A stretch of DNA of 64,000 nucleotides from the NCBI GenBank assembly GCA_963743915.1, contig CAVURN010000005.1, positions 224,001 through 288,000 of the forward strand, given 5' to 3'. Origin of the DNA: an uncultured Actinomycetota bacterium (GTDB taxonomy: Bacteria; Actinomycetota; Actinomycetes; JAHEKZ01). Position numbers and translations under genes: made by a program. The notes under the pieces are model-generated. The model saw nothing but the letters and a program-made list of their open reading frames with translations, had not been told where the DNA came from and did not search any database. Positions 40,542 through 52,617 of the stretch are shown here, piece after piece. Positions within the stretch are counted from its first letter, which is position 1. Each line of letters starts with the position of its first letter.

Positions 40542-41540
40542 GTGACCGAGAGCTCGACCAAAGAGACGCCCGACCGCAACCTGGGACTCGAGCTCGGCCG
40601 GGTCACTGAGGCCGCCGCGATCGCCGCCTCCCGTTGGGTCGGGCGCGGCGACAAGAACGGCGCGGACGCCGCGGCCGTCGAGGCCATGCGTCAGCTGATC
40701 AACACCGTGAGCATGAACGGCACCGTCGTCATCGGCGAGGGCGAGAAGGACGACGCACCGATGCTCTTCAACGGCGAGAAGGTGGGCGACGGCACCGGCC
40801 CGGACGTCGACGTCGCGGTGGACCCGGTGGACGGCACCACGCTGACCGCCAAGGGCATGAACAACGCTGTCTCGGTGATCGCCGTCGCGGAGCGAGGCAC
40901 CATGTTCGACCCCTCCGCCGTCTTCTACATGGAGAAGCTCGCCGCCGGCCCCGAGGCGTCCGATGTCGTGGACATCCGCCTGCCGGCGAAGGAGAACATC
41001 CGCCGAGTGGCCAAGGCCAAGGGCATCGAGGTTCAGGACGTCACCGTCTGCGTCCTCGACCGTCCCCGTCACGACGGTCTCGTCCAAGAGATCCGCGCCA
41101 CAGGCGCTCGGATCAAGTTCATCTCGGACGGCGACGTCGCCGGCGCGATCATGGCGTGCCGCGAGGACACCGGCGTCGACCTGTTGCTCGGGATCGGCGG
41201 TACCCCCGAGGGGATCATCTCCGCGGTGGCCATCAAGTGCTTGGGCGGCGTGATCCAAGGACGCCTGTGGCCGCAGGACGACGATGAGCGACAGAAGGCG
41301 ATCGATGCCGGACACGACCTGTCGGCGATCCTGGCGACCGACGACCTCGTCAGCAGCGACAACTGCTTCTTCGCCGCCACCGGTGTCACCGACGGCGAGC
41401 TCCTGCACGGGGTCCGCTTCCACTCCGAGGGCGCTACCACGCAGACGCTGGTCATGCGCAGCAAGAGCGGCACGATCCGGTTCATGGAGAGCGACCACCG
41501 GCTCGGCAAGCTCAGGCGCTACGCGGCGGTGCAGTTCTGA
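40542..41540 (+). CDS. glpX: class II fructose-1,6-bisphosphatase
   Basis: [38 protein letters not shown]. Confidence 0.96.
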   Translation: MTESSTKETPDRNLGLELGRVTEAAAIAASRWVGRGDKNGADAAAVEAMRQLINTVSMNGTVVIGEGEKDDAPMLFNGEKVGDGTGPDVDVAVDPVDGTTLTAKGMNNAVSVIAVAERGTMFDPSAVFYMEKLAAGPEASDVVDIRLPAKENIRRVAKAKGIEVQDVTVCVLDRPRHDGLVQEIRATGARIKFISDGDVAGAIMACREDTGVDLLLGIGGTPEGIISAVAIKCLGGVIQGRLWPQDDDERQKAIDAGHDLSAILATDDLVSSDNCFFAATGVTDGELLHGVRFHSEGATTQTLVMRSKSGTIRFMESDHRLGKLRRYAAVQF

Positions 41541-42448
41541 CCTCCGAGGGGGCGATCGTCCTCGACGAGGTGGTCAAGCACTACGGTCCGATCACCGCCG
41601 TCGATGGGATCTCACTCACGGTTCCCCGCGGCATCGTGCTGGGGCTCCTGGGTCCCAACGGCGCAGGCAAGTCCACGACCATGCGGATGCTGACCGGGCA
41701 GACGCGACCCTCGTCCGGCCGCATCACCGTGCTCGGCCACGACGTCGCCACGGAGTCGAAGCAGGCACGCGCCCGCATGGGGGTGGTCCCGCAGCTGGAC
41801 AACCTCGACACCGAGCTCACCGTGGAGCAGAACCTGGCGATGTTCTCGGTTCTCTACCGGATCCCGCGACGCGAGCGGCACGACGCCGTGGAGCGCGCCC
41901 TCGACGTCGCACAGCTGCGCGACCGCCGGGACGCGAAGGTCACCGAGATCTCCGGTGGCATGAAGCGCCGGCTGCTGATCGCTCGGGGTCTGGTGCACCA
42001 GCCGGAGCTCGTGCTGCTCGACGAGCCGACTGTGGGTCTCGACCCACAGGTGCGCCAGGAGCTCTGGTCGCTCATCGACGCCCTGCGCAGCCAGGGAACG
42101 ACCGTTCTGATGTCCACGCACTACATCGAGGAGGCCGAGCGGCTCGCCGACGACGTCGCCGTCGTCTCCCACGGGAAGATCGTGGCGCAGGGCAGGCCCC
42201 ACGAGCTGCGCGCCGCCCACGTCGGGGAACGCACCACCGAGTACTACGGACCGCCGGACCGGCTGGCCGCCATCGAGCAGGACGCCCACGGGGCCGGGCT
42301 CGCCACTCGGCGCACCGGCCCTTCCATCGCCGTCCTGAGATCCGAAACAGCTTCGGAGGAGCTGCTCACCCGGCTCGGCGACGGCGTCCACCGTCCGGCC
42401 AGCCTCGAGGACGTCTTCGTGCTGCTCACGGGCGAGGTGCTGGATTGA
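41537..42448 (+). CDS. ABC-2 exporter ATP-binding protein (NodI/DrrA-like)
   Basis: [27 protein letters not shown]; start either CTG 41537 or GTG 41570. Confidence 0.88.
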   Translation: MTSEGAIVLDEVVKHYGPITAVDGISLTVPRGIVLGLLGPNGAGKSTTMRMLTGQTRPSSGRITVLGHDVATESKQARARMGVVPQLDNLDTELTVEQNLAMFSVLYRIPRRERHDAVERALDVAQLRDRRDAKVTEISGGMKRRLLIARGLVHQPELVLLDEPTVGLDPQVRQELWSLIDALRSQGTTVLMSTHYIEEAERLADDVAVVSHGKIVAQGRPHELRAAHVGERTTEYYGPPDRLAAIEQDAHGAGLATRRTGPSIAVLRSETASEELLTRLGDGVHRPASLEDVFVLLTGEVLD

Positions 42449-43230
42449 GCGCGCCACGCGCCGTGCGGCGTTACGAGTGGGCGACCTTCGAGGGCGTCTG
42501 GAACCGTGAGCTGACGCTGTTCAAGCGCTACTGGGCGTCCACCACGGTCTCGTCGGTCGTGCAACCGATCATCTACCTGCTCGCCTTCGGCCTCGGGGTC
42601 GGCACCCTGGTGAGCTCGGTGGGCGGCATCACCTACGTCGAGTTCGTGGGAACAGGATCGGTCGCGACGGCCGTGCTGTTCGCGTCAGCCTTTCCCGGCA
42701 TGTTCAACACGTACGTGCGTCGCGTCTTCCAGCGCACCTACGACGCCATCCTCGCCGCACCGGTCAGCGTGGACGAGCTCGCGCTCGCCGAGGGGAGCTG
42801 GATCGCGGCGAAGGCGGGTCTCTACGGTTCCATCCCCTTGGTGGCCACCTTCTTCTTCGGGCTGCAACCGTCACCAGGCATGGTGCTCGTCCCCTTCATC
42901 GGGTTCGTCACCGGCCTGGGGTTCGCGTTCTTCGGCATGTGGGTGTCGGCGATCATCAAGACCATCGACGAGACGACCTACATCACCTCCGTCGTGCTGA
43001 CCCCACTCTTCCTCGTCGCGGGCACCTTCTTCCCCATCGAGAACCTCTCGCCCGCCCTGCAGGTGGCGGCGTGGTTCAACCCGCTCTACCACTGCGTCGA
43101 GCTGGTCCGGGCGGCCAGCTTCGGCTGGGACATGCCCGTCGACCTGTACCACTTCGCGTTCCTGGCCGTGTTCGCCGTCGCCATGTGGGCACTGGCCGTC
43201 CGCCAGCTGCGCCGTCGGCTCGTCGACTGA
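42445..43230 (+). CDS. ABC-2 exporter permease (NodJ-like)
   Basis: TTG start overlaps the upstream TGA; ~6 TM segments; GTFFPI..L, NPLYH.VEL.R. Confidence 0.85.
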   Translation: MSAPRAVRRYEWATFEGVWNRELTLFKRYWASTTVSSVVQPIIYLLAFGLGVGTLVSSVGGITYVEFVGTGSVATAVLFASAFPGMFNTYVRRVFQRTYDAILAAPVSVDELALAEGSWIAAKAGLYGSIPLVATFFFGLQPSPGMVLVPFIGFVTGLGFAFFGMWVSAIIKTIDETTYITSVVLTPLFLVAGTFFPIENLSPALQVAAWFNPLYHCVELVRAASFGWDMPVDLYHFAFLAVFAVAMWALAVRQLRRRLVD

Positions 43231-43272
43231 GCCGTGGCAGCCTCCAGCTGGACGACTCCTTAGGCTGACCCC

Positions 43273-44925
<1,653 letters not shown>

Positions 44926-44989
44926 TCCCGGTTTGGCGTCGCTGGGTATTTCGCGGGATGCGACTGCTTCGAACCGGGACACTGGGGCC

Positions 44990-46195
44990 ATGCCCGATGT
45001 AGCCAGTTCCGCCATGCTCCCCGACGGCGCCATTGTCCGCGGGGCACGGATCGAAGACGTCCCCGCGATGATGGAGATCGAGTCCGCCCGAGAGGGTGAG
45101 GACGACGCCGTCGATCTGGAGCTGGTGGCCAGCACCCCAAGCGGACTGCAGCTGATGAGCGTCGTCGAGCACGACGGGCGCGTCGTGTCGATCGCCACCC
45201 TGCTCGACGAGTCCGTGCGAACGGGCAGCGTCACTCTTCCCGCTGGCCAGATCGAGATGGTGGCAACCGCCAAGCATGCCGAGGGCCGCGGCTACGTACG
45301 CGCGCTGATGGGACGCTGCCACGAGCTGTCGAGAGCACGAGGACATGTGCTGCAGGTCATGATCGGGATCCCCAACTTCTACCGCCAGTTCGGGTACTCC
45401 TACTCGATCCCCATGCACCCGTGGGCAACCGTCACACCTGGAATCCCATCGCCAGATGGCTTCACCGTGACCACGGCGACGGCTGACGACATGGCCACCT
45501 GCCACGCGCTGCAGGAACAGATGCAACAAGCCTTCGACGTCGCAATGCCTCACAGCGCCGACTGCTGGAGGTGGCTCCTCACCCACACATCCAGCAGGCA
45601 GGCGCTGGTCCGCGACGCAGCGGGAGCCGCCGTCGGGTTGGCCCGCGTCTACGCCGACGACGGGTCGGTCGACATGGGTGAGATCACCGCCCACAGTCCC
45701 GAGGCGACAGACGCGCTGCTCGCCCATGCACTGGGACTGACGTCGGACACCGGATCGTGTCGGGTCGGCGTACGTCCCCACGTTCCCGGGCTGGCCGCCC
45801 GGACCCAGGACACCGAACGAGTCGACTGGTACTACGTGCGGATCGAGAACCCGAGCGCGCTGTTCACAGCCATGGCGCCCGTCCTTCTGCGACGACTTCA
45901 CGACGCTGGCAACGCCGAAGGCTCCGCGCTGATCTCGTTCTGGGGTTCACACCTACGGCTGCACTGGACTGCCCAGGACCTTCGGGTCGAGGCTGGCGGG
46001 CCGATGCAGGCACCCATCTCGTCTGGCGGGTCCGGTCTACCGCTCGACGCGCTCGGTTCCCTGATGTTCGGCAGCGGTGCCGCCGGGCTCGAGGACCGCT
46101 ACCCGGATGCCGGGCTGGGACGGCAGGCCGACGTCATGAACACACTCTTCCCACCGCAGTCTGCAGATCTGCTGACCTTCTACTTGCCGTCCTAG
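44990..46195 (+). CDS. GNAT acetyltransferase (Eis-like architecture)
   Basis: VATAKHAEGRGYVRALM acetyl-CoA motif; FYRQFGY. Confidence 0.75.
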   Translation: MPDVASSAMLPDGAIVRGARIEDVPAMMEIESAREGEDDAVDLELVASTPSGLQLMSVVEHDGRVVSIATLLDESVRTGSVTLPAGQIEMVATAKHAEGRGYVRALMGRCHELSRARGHVLQVMIGIPNFYRQFGYSYSIPMHPWATVTPGIPSPDGFTVTTATADDMATCHALQEQMQQAFDVAMPHSADCWRWLLTHTSSRQALVRDAAGAAVGLARVYADDGSVDMGEITAHSPEATDALLAHALGLTSDTGSCRVGVRPHVPGLAARTQDTERVDWYYVRIENPSALFTAMAPVLLRRLHDAGNAEGSALISFWGSHLRLHWTAQDLRVEAGGPMQAPISSGGSGLPLDALGSLMFGSGAAGLEDRYPDAGLGRQADVMNTLFPPQSADLLTFYLPS

Positions 46196-46322
46196 AGTCC
46201 CGCCGTACACCCCACCGTTGACTTGCGGGCCACTCAGGGCGTAGGACCGGACCCAGGTTGTTCATCCCATCGGGACTTCAGCGCCGACGCCGGTCCAGGT
46301 CTCGCGCCAAGGAGAGTGCATC

Positions 46323-46706
46323 ATGACACCAAAGTCATTGACGATCATCGCTGCCGGAGCTGTCGCCCTCGGTCTGATAGCACCGGGAGTCGCCACGGCG
46401 GGCGGCAAGATCGAGAGCACCGTCACCATCCGGGCCGAAGGCGCTGACCTCAGCGGCTACGTCAAGTCTCCGCGACCGCGGGTGTGCGCGAAGGACCGCA
46501 AGGTCGTCGTGTTCAAGCAGGTCGGAACCGAGCAGGACCCGCGCAACGACGACCGGATCGCCAGCGACATCGCGTCCCTCAACGGGGACAGGGCCGAGTG
46601 GAGCACCGGCAACACCGGTGTCTATGGAAGGCTCTACGCCCGGGTGGCGCCGACGCCGGACTGCAAGTCGGACACCAGCGAGACCATTCGCGTCCGGCGC
46701 CCGTAA
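46323..46706 (+). CDS. small secreted protein
   Basis: signal peptide, two Cys, RBS AAGGAG. Confidence 0.65.
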   Translation: MTPKSLTIIAAGAVALGLIAPGVATAGGKIESTVTIRAEGADLSGYVKSPRPRVCAKDRKVVVFKQVGTEQDPRNDDRIASDIASLNGDRAEWSTGNTGVYGRLYARVAPTPDCKSDTSETIRVRRP

Positions 46707-46724
46707 AGGACGCACACCCTCACC

Positions 46725-46758
46725 GGTCGGGGTGGGTGACAGGTCACCCACCCCGACC
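46725..46758. terminator. bidirectional terminator-like hairpin between convergent genes
   Basis: perfect 16-bp inverted repeat GGTCGGGGTGGGTGAC-ag-GTCACCCACCCCGACC. Confidence 0.8.
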
Positions 46759-46773
46759 CAAGGTGATGGAGGG

Positions 46774-49729
46774 CTAGTTCGGCAGGAGCACGATGGTGAA
46801 CATCGTCGCCTTGCCGGACGACGCGCTCGCCGTGGCCGTCAGGCCGGAGCGTGCGCCGGACGCCGACGGCTGGTTGTCGTCGGTGAAGAGGCCGGTCACC
46901 CGCGTCGTCGTCGTCCCGACGAGCGCTGGGTCGACGACGGTCTCACGGACCGTCTGACCGGCAGGCGCCGTCCAGCCGGTGGTCGCCGCGTTCTTGTCCG
47001 CCCAGTACGACAGCACCCAGGCACCATCGGTCGGAACGTTGACGCCTGGCGTCGTGTGCGCAGCACGCGCAGTCGTCTCGATGGCACCGACCGCGCTCGG
47101 CGTCCCGCTCACCCCGGAGTACGCGGCCAACGCCGCTGAGGTACGGGTCGCACCGGACCAGACGAAGGAGATGGCCGACCCCGCGTCCGACGGAGTGGCA
47201 ACCTTGGCGAGGATCACGGTGCGCACGTCGGTGTCGAGCTCTGCGTCCAGCACGGTCCAGCCCGCCGGCGTGGTGAGCGTCTGCAGGGTCGAGCCGCTCA
47301 CGGCCAGGATCATCTGGTCACCGGCGACCACGCCGTTCGGAATGGTCCAGTTGTGGGTCGACCTGCTGGCGCCGGTGTACTTGCCGGACACCCGGAAGGC
47401 GATGGAGGATGTGATGGGTTCAGGCGACACGGACTGTGACGCCGATGTCCGTCCCACCACGGTTGTCGGTCACCGTGACGCTCACGTTGTAGGTGCCGGC
47501 CGTCTCGTAGGTGTGCTGAACGGTCGCGTTCGGGCCGGCAGCGGTGGTGTTGCCGTCACCGAAGTTGAAGGCGTAGCTGACGACCGACCCGTCCGGGTCG
47601 CTGCTGTTCGAGGCGTCGACGGTGCAGTTCAGGCCCTTGCAGGTGACGTCGATAGCCGCCACCGGCGAGGTGTTCGGGCCCGTGCTGCTCGCCGCGGTGG
47701 ACGCGAACATGGCATTGCTGCGCCAGTCTGCCGCCGAGTTGACCGTCACGGCCGATCCGTCGACGCCACCTGCCGCGCCATCGACGCCAGGGGTGAAGTC
47801 GATGCTCTTGAGCACGCCCGCGGCGTCAGAGAAGTAGACCTTGCCGCCCGCGAGGAACATGCCCAGTGGCGTGGTGTTGCCCGAGGCGTTCGCCCCGATC
47901 AGGCTGCCGCCGACCGCGGTGAAGCGCTGGGCGCCCACGATGCCTGACTCCGGCGTGAAGTAGCGGTAGAAGAAGCCACCAGGAGTGTTCCCCTGAGACC
48001 GCGTCGTGTAGTAGAGCCGCGCATTGTCACGGTCGTAGAACATGCCCGTGATGCGGGGGATCTCGGTGCCGAACAGCGTGTACGTCGAGGTGTTCGTGGT
48101 GTAACCGTTGGCGTACAGGTTCAGGTTCCGAGAAGCTCCGAAGGAGCTGCCGTCGTAGGAGCGCGCACGGAAGGTGCCGTCGGCCCAGCCCATGTACACG
48201 GTTCCGTCGATCATGACGGCGCCACGCGCCTGGTCCCACGTGTCCGCAGCAGGGACGGTGGCACTGCCGAGGATGGCGCTGCCGTTGAAGTTGCGGATCT
48301 CCTGGCTCACACCACCGGCGGGTGAGTCGAGCAGCACGACGTCAGCCGGAAGGGTCGCCACCTTGTCGGCCGGCAGTGGAGTTGCGTCACTGTCGAACGG
48401 GAATCCCGCCAGGCGGGGGCGGGTCTCACCGGCCCACTTGTTGGTGTCCGACCCGGCCCACACCTGGCTGTTGGTCACGTCGAAGTCGTACAGGCCCACG
48501 CCACGCGCGCGGCCGGGGTTCCAGGAGAACGGCAGGCCGTTGCGGCTGTCCAGCGCGGCCATGCCCGACCGCGGCACAGCGCCCGGACCGGCGGCGTCGG
48601 CGCGGTAGGGGTTGTTGAACCACCGCATGTGCCCGCCGACGTAGACGACCGGACCGGTCACCTCGACGGCCCAGGACGTGTCACCGCCGGTGTAGTCGGA
48701 CCAGGTCTCCACCTGCGTGCCCGTGCGGTTCGTCTCCCACCGGCTGACCGTGTCGCACAACCGGTCGGCACGGTAGGCGCCGGTCGTCACGACGACGAAG
48801 AAGTTGCCGTTCGGGGCGAAGTCCACGTCGCGCATGTAGGAGTCGAAGCTCCTCGAGCAGTTGGACGTGGTGGTCGACCCGGGCGCAAAGCCGGGGAAGC
48901 GAGTCGTGGACCAGTTGGCCAAGGTGGCAGCAGAGGGGCCGATGTCGAGCAGCGCGATCTGGAGGCGGCTCTGGCCGCCGACCGTGTTGAAGTTGCCGAT
49001 GGCGACGAGCTTGGAGCCGTCGGGGGACACGTCGATCTTGCGGACCGTGGTGGTGCTCGTCGAGTCCCACGCCACACCGCCGAAGTCGGGCACGTCGTAG
49101 TTGCTCAGGCGATCGCCCGTGGTGGCGTCGAGAACGGCCATTCCCGGCTCAGACGCCTGCTGCACGGTGGCGAAGGACCCAGCGATGAAGAGCCGCTGCC
49201 CGACGAGCCGGAGGTCGTAGACCCGATTGTTGATTCCAGGGGCCCAGAAGTCGGTGCGCGAGCCGTCCGAGAGCTGCAGCTCGGCAACGCGGCCTCCCAC
49301 GCCGTTCACGGAGCTGAAGGCGCCCGCCACATAGACGGTGGTGCCCGACGGTCCGGGGACGAGCGAGTCCACCTGATCGTTGAGGGTGGGCATGAAGCCG
49401 GGGATGATCTGGCCGGTGGTGGCGTTGAAGGCGAAGAGGTTCGACTGGTTGATGATCGGCTGGTTGCTGCCCGCGTTCTGGATCTGGGTGAACTGTCCAC
49501 CCACGACGACGGTGTTGCCGATCTGCTTGACGACCTGGACACGGCCGTCGAGCACCTTCGGCGTCCAGTTGTAGGGGTTGTCGCTGGCCAGGAGCTCGTC
49601 ACCGGGCGCTGCCTGCGCCGGGTTGGTCGCGGCCGCAGCCACGGCCACCAGGCTGGTGAGCACCGCGCTCAACGCGAGGAAGACGGCTACGACCCGACGG
49701 GTACGACGACGGTCGACGATCTGGTCCAC
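46774..49729 (-). CDS. large secreted beta-propeller-like/PKD-domain surface protein; extra base at ~47446
   Basis: signal peptide; repeated VVGGQFT / YVAGAFS / FIAGSFA blades; PKD motif DASNSSDPDGSVVSYAFNFGDG..HTY..AGTYNVSVTVTDN; continues in ORF 46774..47460. Confidence 0.78.
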
Positions 49730-50012
49730 AAAGGCCCCCTGGAAGCGTCCCCAACCCTGTGATCCGGGGAACGGTGATGCCCTATGAGACCAGACCTGGA
49801 CGCAAAATCCGAACTGACCACGAACCCCTTCACCCGAACGCTGAAGCGGCAATCCGGAGAGTCATCTGGGCATCACCATGGGTCACCGAAACGGCGCGCG
49901 GATCCAGGACAAAGCGGGCACTGACGCCGCTCATCCTCGCCGAGCGTTGGCGGCCTGTTCGCCCTCAGCAGACGCGCTTGGCATTTCACTGTAATGATGT
50001 AATCCTGCCGCC

Positions 50013-50541
50013 ATGACAGATACACAGCAGCACGACCGAGACTGCCGAGATCCGAGGCTGGCTCACCGGTCGACTCCCCCACTGGTTCGTCGCAGTCCCC
50101 GAGGTGTCCGTCGACCGCGAGGAGATCGTCATCGTCGGAGCCCTGGAGGAGCCCGCCGTCGCCCCGGACGCCGGCCCTGGAGAACGCACCGCCGCACGTC
50201 GAGGGCGGGCCAAGGCGTTCCGCGAGGAGACCCGCGAGCAGCGCATCGCGGTCGCGCGGGAACTCGAGTCCCGCTACGGACGCCATGTGGCCTGGGGGGT
50301 GACCGTCGGTGACGAGCGCGTGCTCTTCACCCACCTCGCCGCTCCGGTGATGACGCGACTCCGCCAGCCGGAGCGTCAGGTCCTCGACACTCTCGTGGGA
50401 TCCGGCGTCGCACGCTCGCGCGCCGACGCACTCGCGTGGTGTGTCCGCCTGGTCGGCGAGCACACCGACACCTGGCTCACCGAGCTCCGGGAGGCGCTGT
50501 CGGCCGTCGAGCGCGTGCGCGCGACCGGGCCTGCCTCCTGA
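50013..50541 (+). CDS. conserved actinobacterial hypothetical protein with RHH-like C-terminus; extra base at ~50031
   Basis: repaired N-terminus MTDTQQTTETAEIRGWLTGRLPHWF...VDREEI; C-terminal PVMTRLRQPERQVLDTLV..GVARSRADAL. Confidence 0.7.
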
Positions 50542-50545
50542 GCCG

Positions 50546-51865
50546 TCAGACCGAGTCAACCGTCGACGGCACGGAGTCATCAGTGCCTGGTACGCCCGCA
50601 CTCGGGCGCACCCTCTTCCATCCGAGGTCGAGCACGACCGCGAGAAGCAGCAGCACGACGAGCGCAGCCGCCGTTCCTGGCTCCTCAGCCAGTGTGGTCG
50701 TGGCAAACGAGAAGAGGGTCGCCAGCAGCGTGATCAGCGCCACCACCAGCACCCACATGTGGGCGCCGGTCTCATGGCGCACCCGCAAGTGGGAGATCGT
50801 CACGAAGGTGAACACGAGCAGCGCCACGGCGCTCCCGATCGACGCGATGGCCGACAGGTCGAAGAGCATGGCCAGTACCAGAGTGGAAGCCGCCATCACG
50901 GCCAGACCGACCGGCAGACGACCCCAGCTGCGGCCGAAGATGGGAGGGAACTGACGCTTCTCGGCCAGGTCCTTCGACAGGCCGGCGGCCGGGTAGATGC
51001 CCGAGTTGGTCGCGCCAGCGGTGGCGAAGATCGCCGTCACGGCCATGAGCACGTAGCCGGCGTCACCCAGCGCAGGCTTGGCGGCCTCTGCGACGGCGGT
51101 GTCACCCGCAGCGACCACCTCATCGACGGTGAGGGCGCCGTACACCCCTAGCGCGATCGCGACGTAGACCACCGTGGCGATTCCGAGGGCCAAGTACATG
51201 GCCTTGGGGAGCTCACGCTTCGGATCGGTCAGGTCCTTCGCCGTGAAGGTCACGACCCCGAAGCCGAGGAACGCGAAGAAGGTGAGAGCGACACTCGAGA
51301 AGATCACCCGCAGACTCGGGTAACCAGAAGGCGCCAAGAGCGACCAGTCAGCGGTGAACAGGGTGACCAGCGAGAAGATCGCGAGGATCCCGATGACAAC
51401 CCGCACGATGAGCCCCTGTGCCTTGGTCACTGCGCTGGTCCCCACCACGTTGAGCAGCGTCACTCCGACGACCAGCAGTGCCGTGAACACCTTCGCCCCG
51501 GCAACGCTGTCATCGGTGAACATCGCGCTGGCATAACCTCCGAACGAGGTCGCCACCATCGCAGTCACGATGAACTGCGAGCCGAAGGCGAGCCACGCCG
51601 TGATGCCGGTGAAGTGACCGTCACCGAAGCCTCGGGACACATACTCGATCAGTCCCGACCCCGACGGGAACTTCGAGCCCAGCTTGCCGAATGAGTAGCC
51701 CTGCAGCGCAGCGATCATCCCGGCGAGGAGGAACGACACCCACACCGCTGCTCCCGCGATCTGACCTGCGGGTGCCAGCAGGGCAAAGATCCCAGCCCCC
51801 ACCATCGCCCCTACACCGATGAACGCTGCCTGGCGAATGGTCATGGACTTCGTGGTGGCAGTCAT
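50546..51865 (-). CDS. APC family amino acid permease
   Basis: GVGAMVGAGIF, FFAFLGF, ~12 TM segments. Confidence 0.9.
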   Translation of the reverse strand: MTATTKSMTIRQAAFIGVGAMVGAGIFALLAPAGQIAGAAVWVSFLLAGMIAALQGYSFGKLGSKFPSGSGLIEYVSRGFGDGHFTGITAWLAFGSQFIVTAMVATSFGGYASAMFTDDSVAGAKVFTALLVVGVTLLNVVGTSAVTKAQGLIVRVVIGILAIFSLVTLFTADWSLLAPSGYPSLRVIFSSVALTFFAFLGFGVVTFTAKDLTDPKRELPKAMYLALGIATVVYVAIALGVYGALTVDEVVAAGDTAVAEAAKPALGDAGYVLMAVTAIFATAGATNSGIYPAAGLSKDLAEKRQFPPIFGRSWGRLPVGLAVMAASTLVLAMLFDLSAIASIGSAVALLVFTFVTISHLRVRHETGAHMWVLVVALITLLATLFSFATTTLAEEPGTAAALVVLLLLAVVLDLGWKRVRPSAGVPGTDDSVPSTVDSV

Positions 51866-51937
51866 GTTCACCACCTCCCCATTCACGGTAGGTGGGACGA
51901 TGCTGGTGGCGTCAGGGTCGGTGGTCCTGGCGCCGGT

Positions 51938-52546
51938 TCACCCCGGCTCGTGGTCGGCGGACTCCACGGCAGCGACCGGCCGCCCATAGTCGACGGCGTC
52001 GCGCACCGGTGCCGGGGTGCGCTCGGCAAGCTGTCGGTCGGGCTCCGCACCAAGCGCCGCGTTGACCGTCGAGAACGCGAGGCGGAAGGCGATGAGCATC
52101 GTGACCTCGGCGATGTCGCGGTCGGAGAATCCCGCGGCCCTCAGCGCCTCCACCTCCCGCCGGGTCGTCGCACTCGGATCCCGGACGACCGACCGGGTCC
52201 ACTCGGCGAGAGCCGACTCGCGTTCGGACAGCTCGGCGGGCGTATCCCCGCGAAGGACACCGGCGGCCACCTGCTCGTTGGCTGCCAGGGCCAGGTTCTT
52301 GCCCCAGGCGAGCGAGCAGTAGGGGTCCGACAGCGCAGCCACGGCCGCCGCGATCACCACCGCCAGCTCCACCTGCGACAGCCTCATGTCCTGCCCCAGC
52401 TGGCCGCGCAGGTCGCGGAACCCCTGACAGACGTCCGGGCGGTGCGCCCATACCCGGGTGTGGTTGCTGATGTAGCCGTCGTCGGCGACATCCTCCTCGT
52501 ACATCGCGCGCACGACGTCGTCCAGCGCGGGTTCGTTGAGCAGCAT
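51938..52546 (-). CDS. carboxymuconolactone decarboxylase / AhpD-like protein
   Basis: DPYCSLAWG, LRAAGFSDRDIAEVT pattern. Confidence 0.7.
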   Translation of the reverse strand: MLLNEPALDDVVRAMYEEDVADDGYISNHTRVWAHRPDVCQGFRDLRGQLGQDMRLSQVELAVVIAAAVAALSDPYCSLAWGKNLALAANEQVAAGVLRGDTPAELSERESALAEWTRSVVRDPSATTRREVEALRAAGFSDRDIAEVTMLIAFRLAFSTVNAALGAEPDRQLAERTPAPVRDAVDYGRPVAAVESADHEPG

Positions 52547-52617
52547 GGATCGATGGTGCTCCTGCACGAGGCCTGGGACAAGGAAGCGCCCCCGGCCCGA
52601 CCGCGTACGGTGGCGCC

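Noticed and set aside
41284-43230. 648-aa ORF spanning the glpX end to the permease
   Set aside because: Only the part from TTG 42445 is permease-like. The upstream part is an off-frame overlap of glpX and the ATPase gene.
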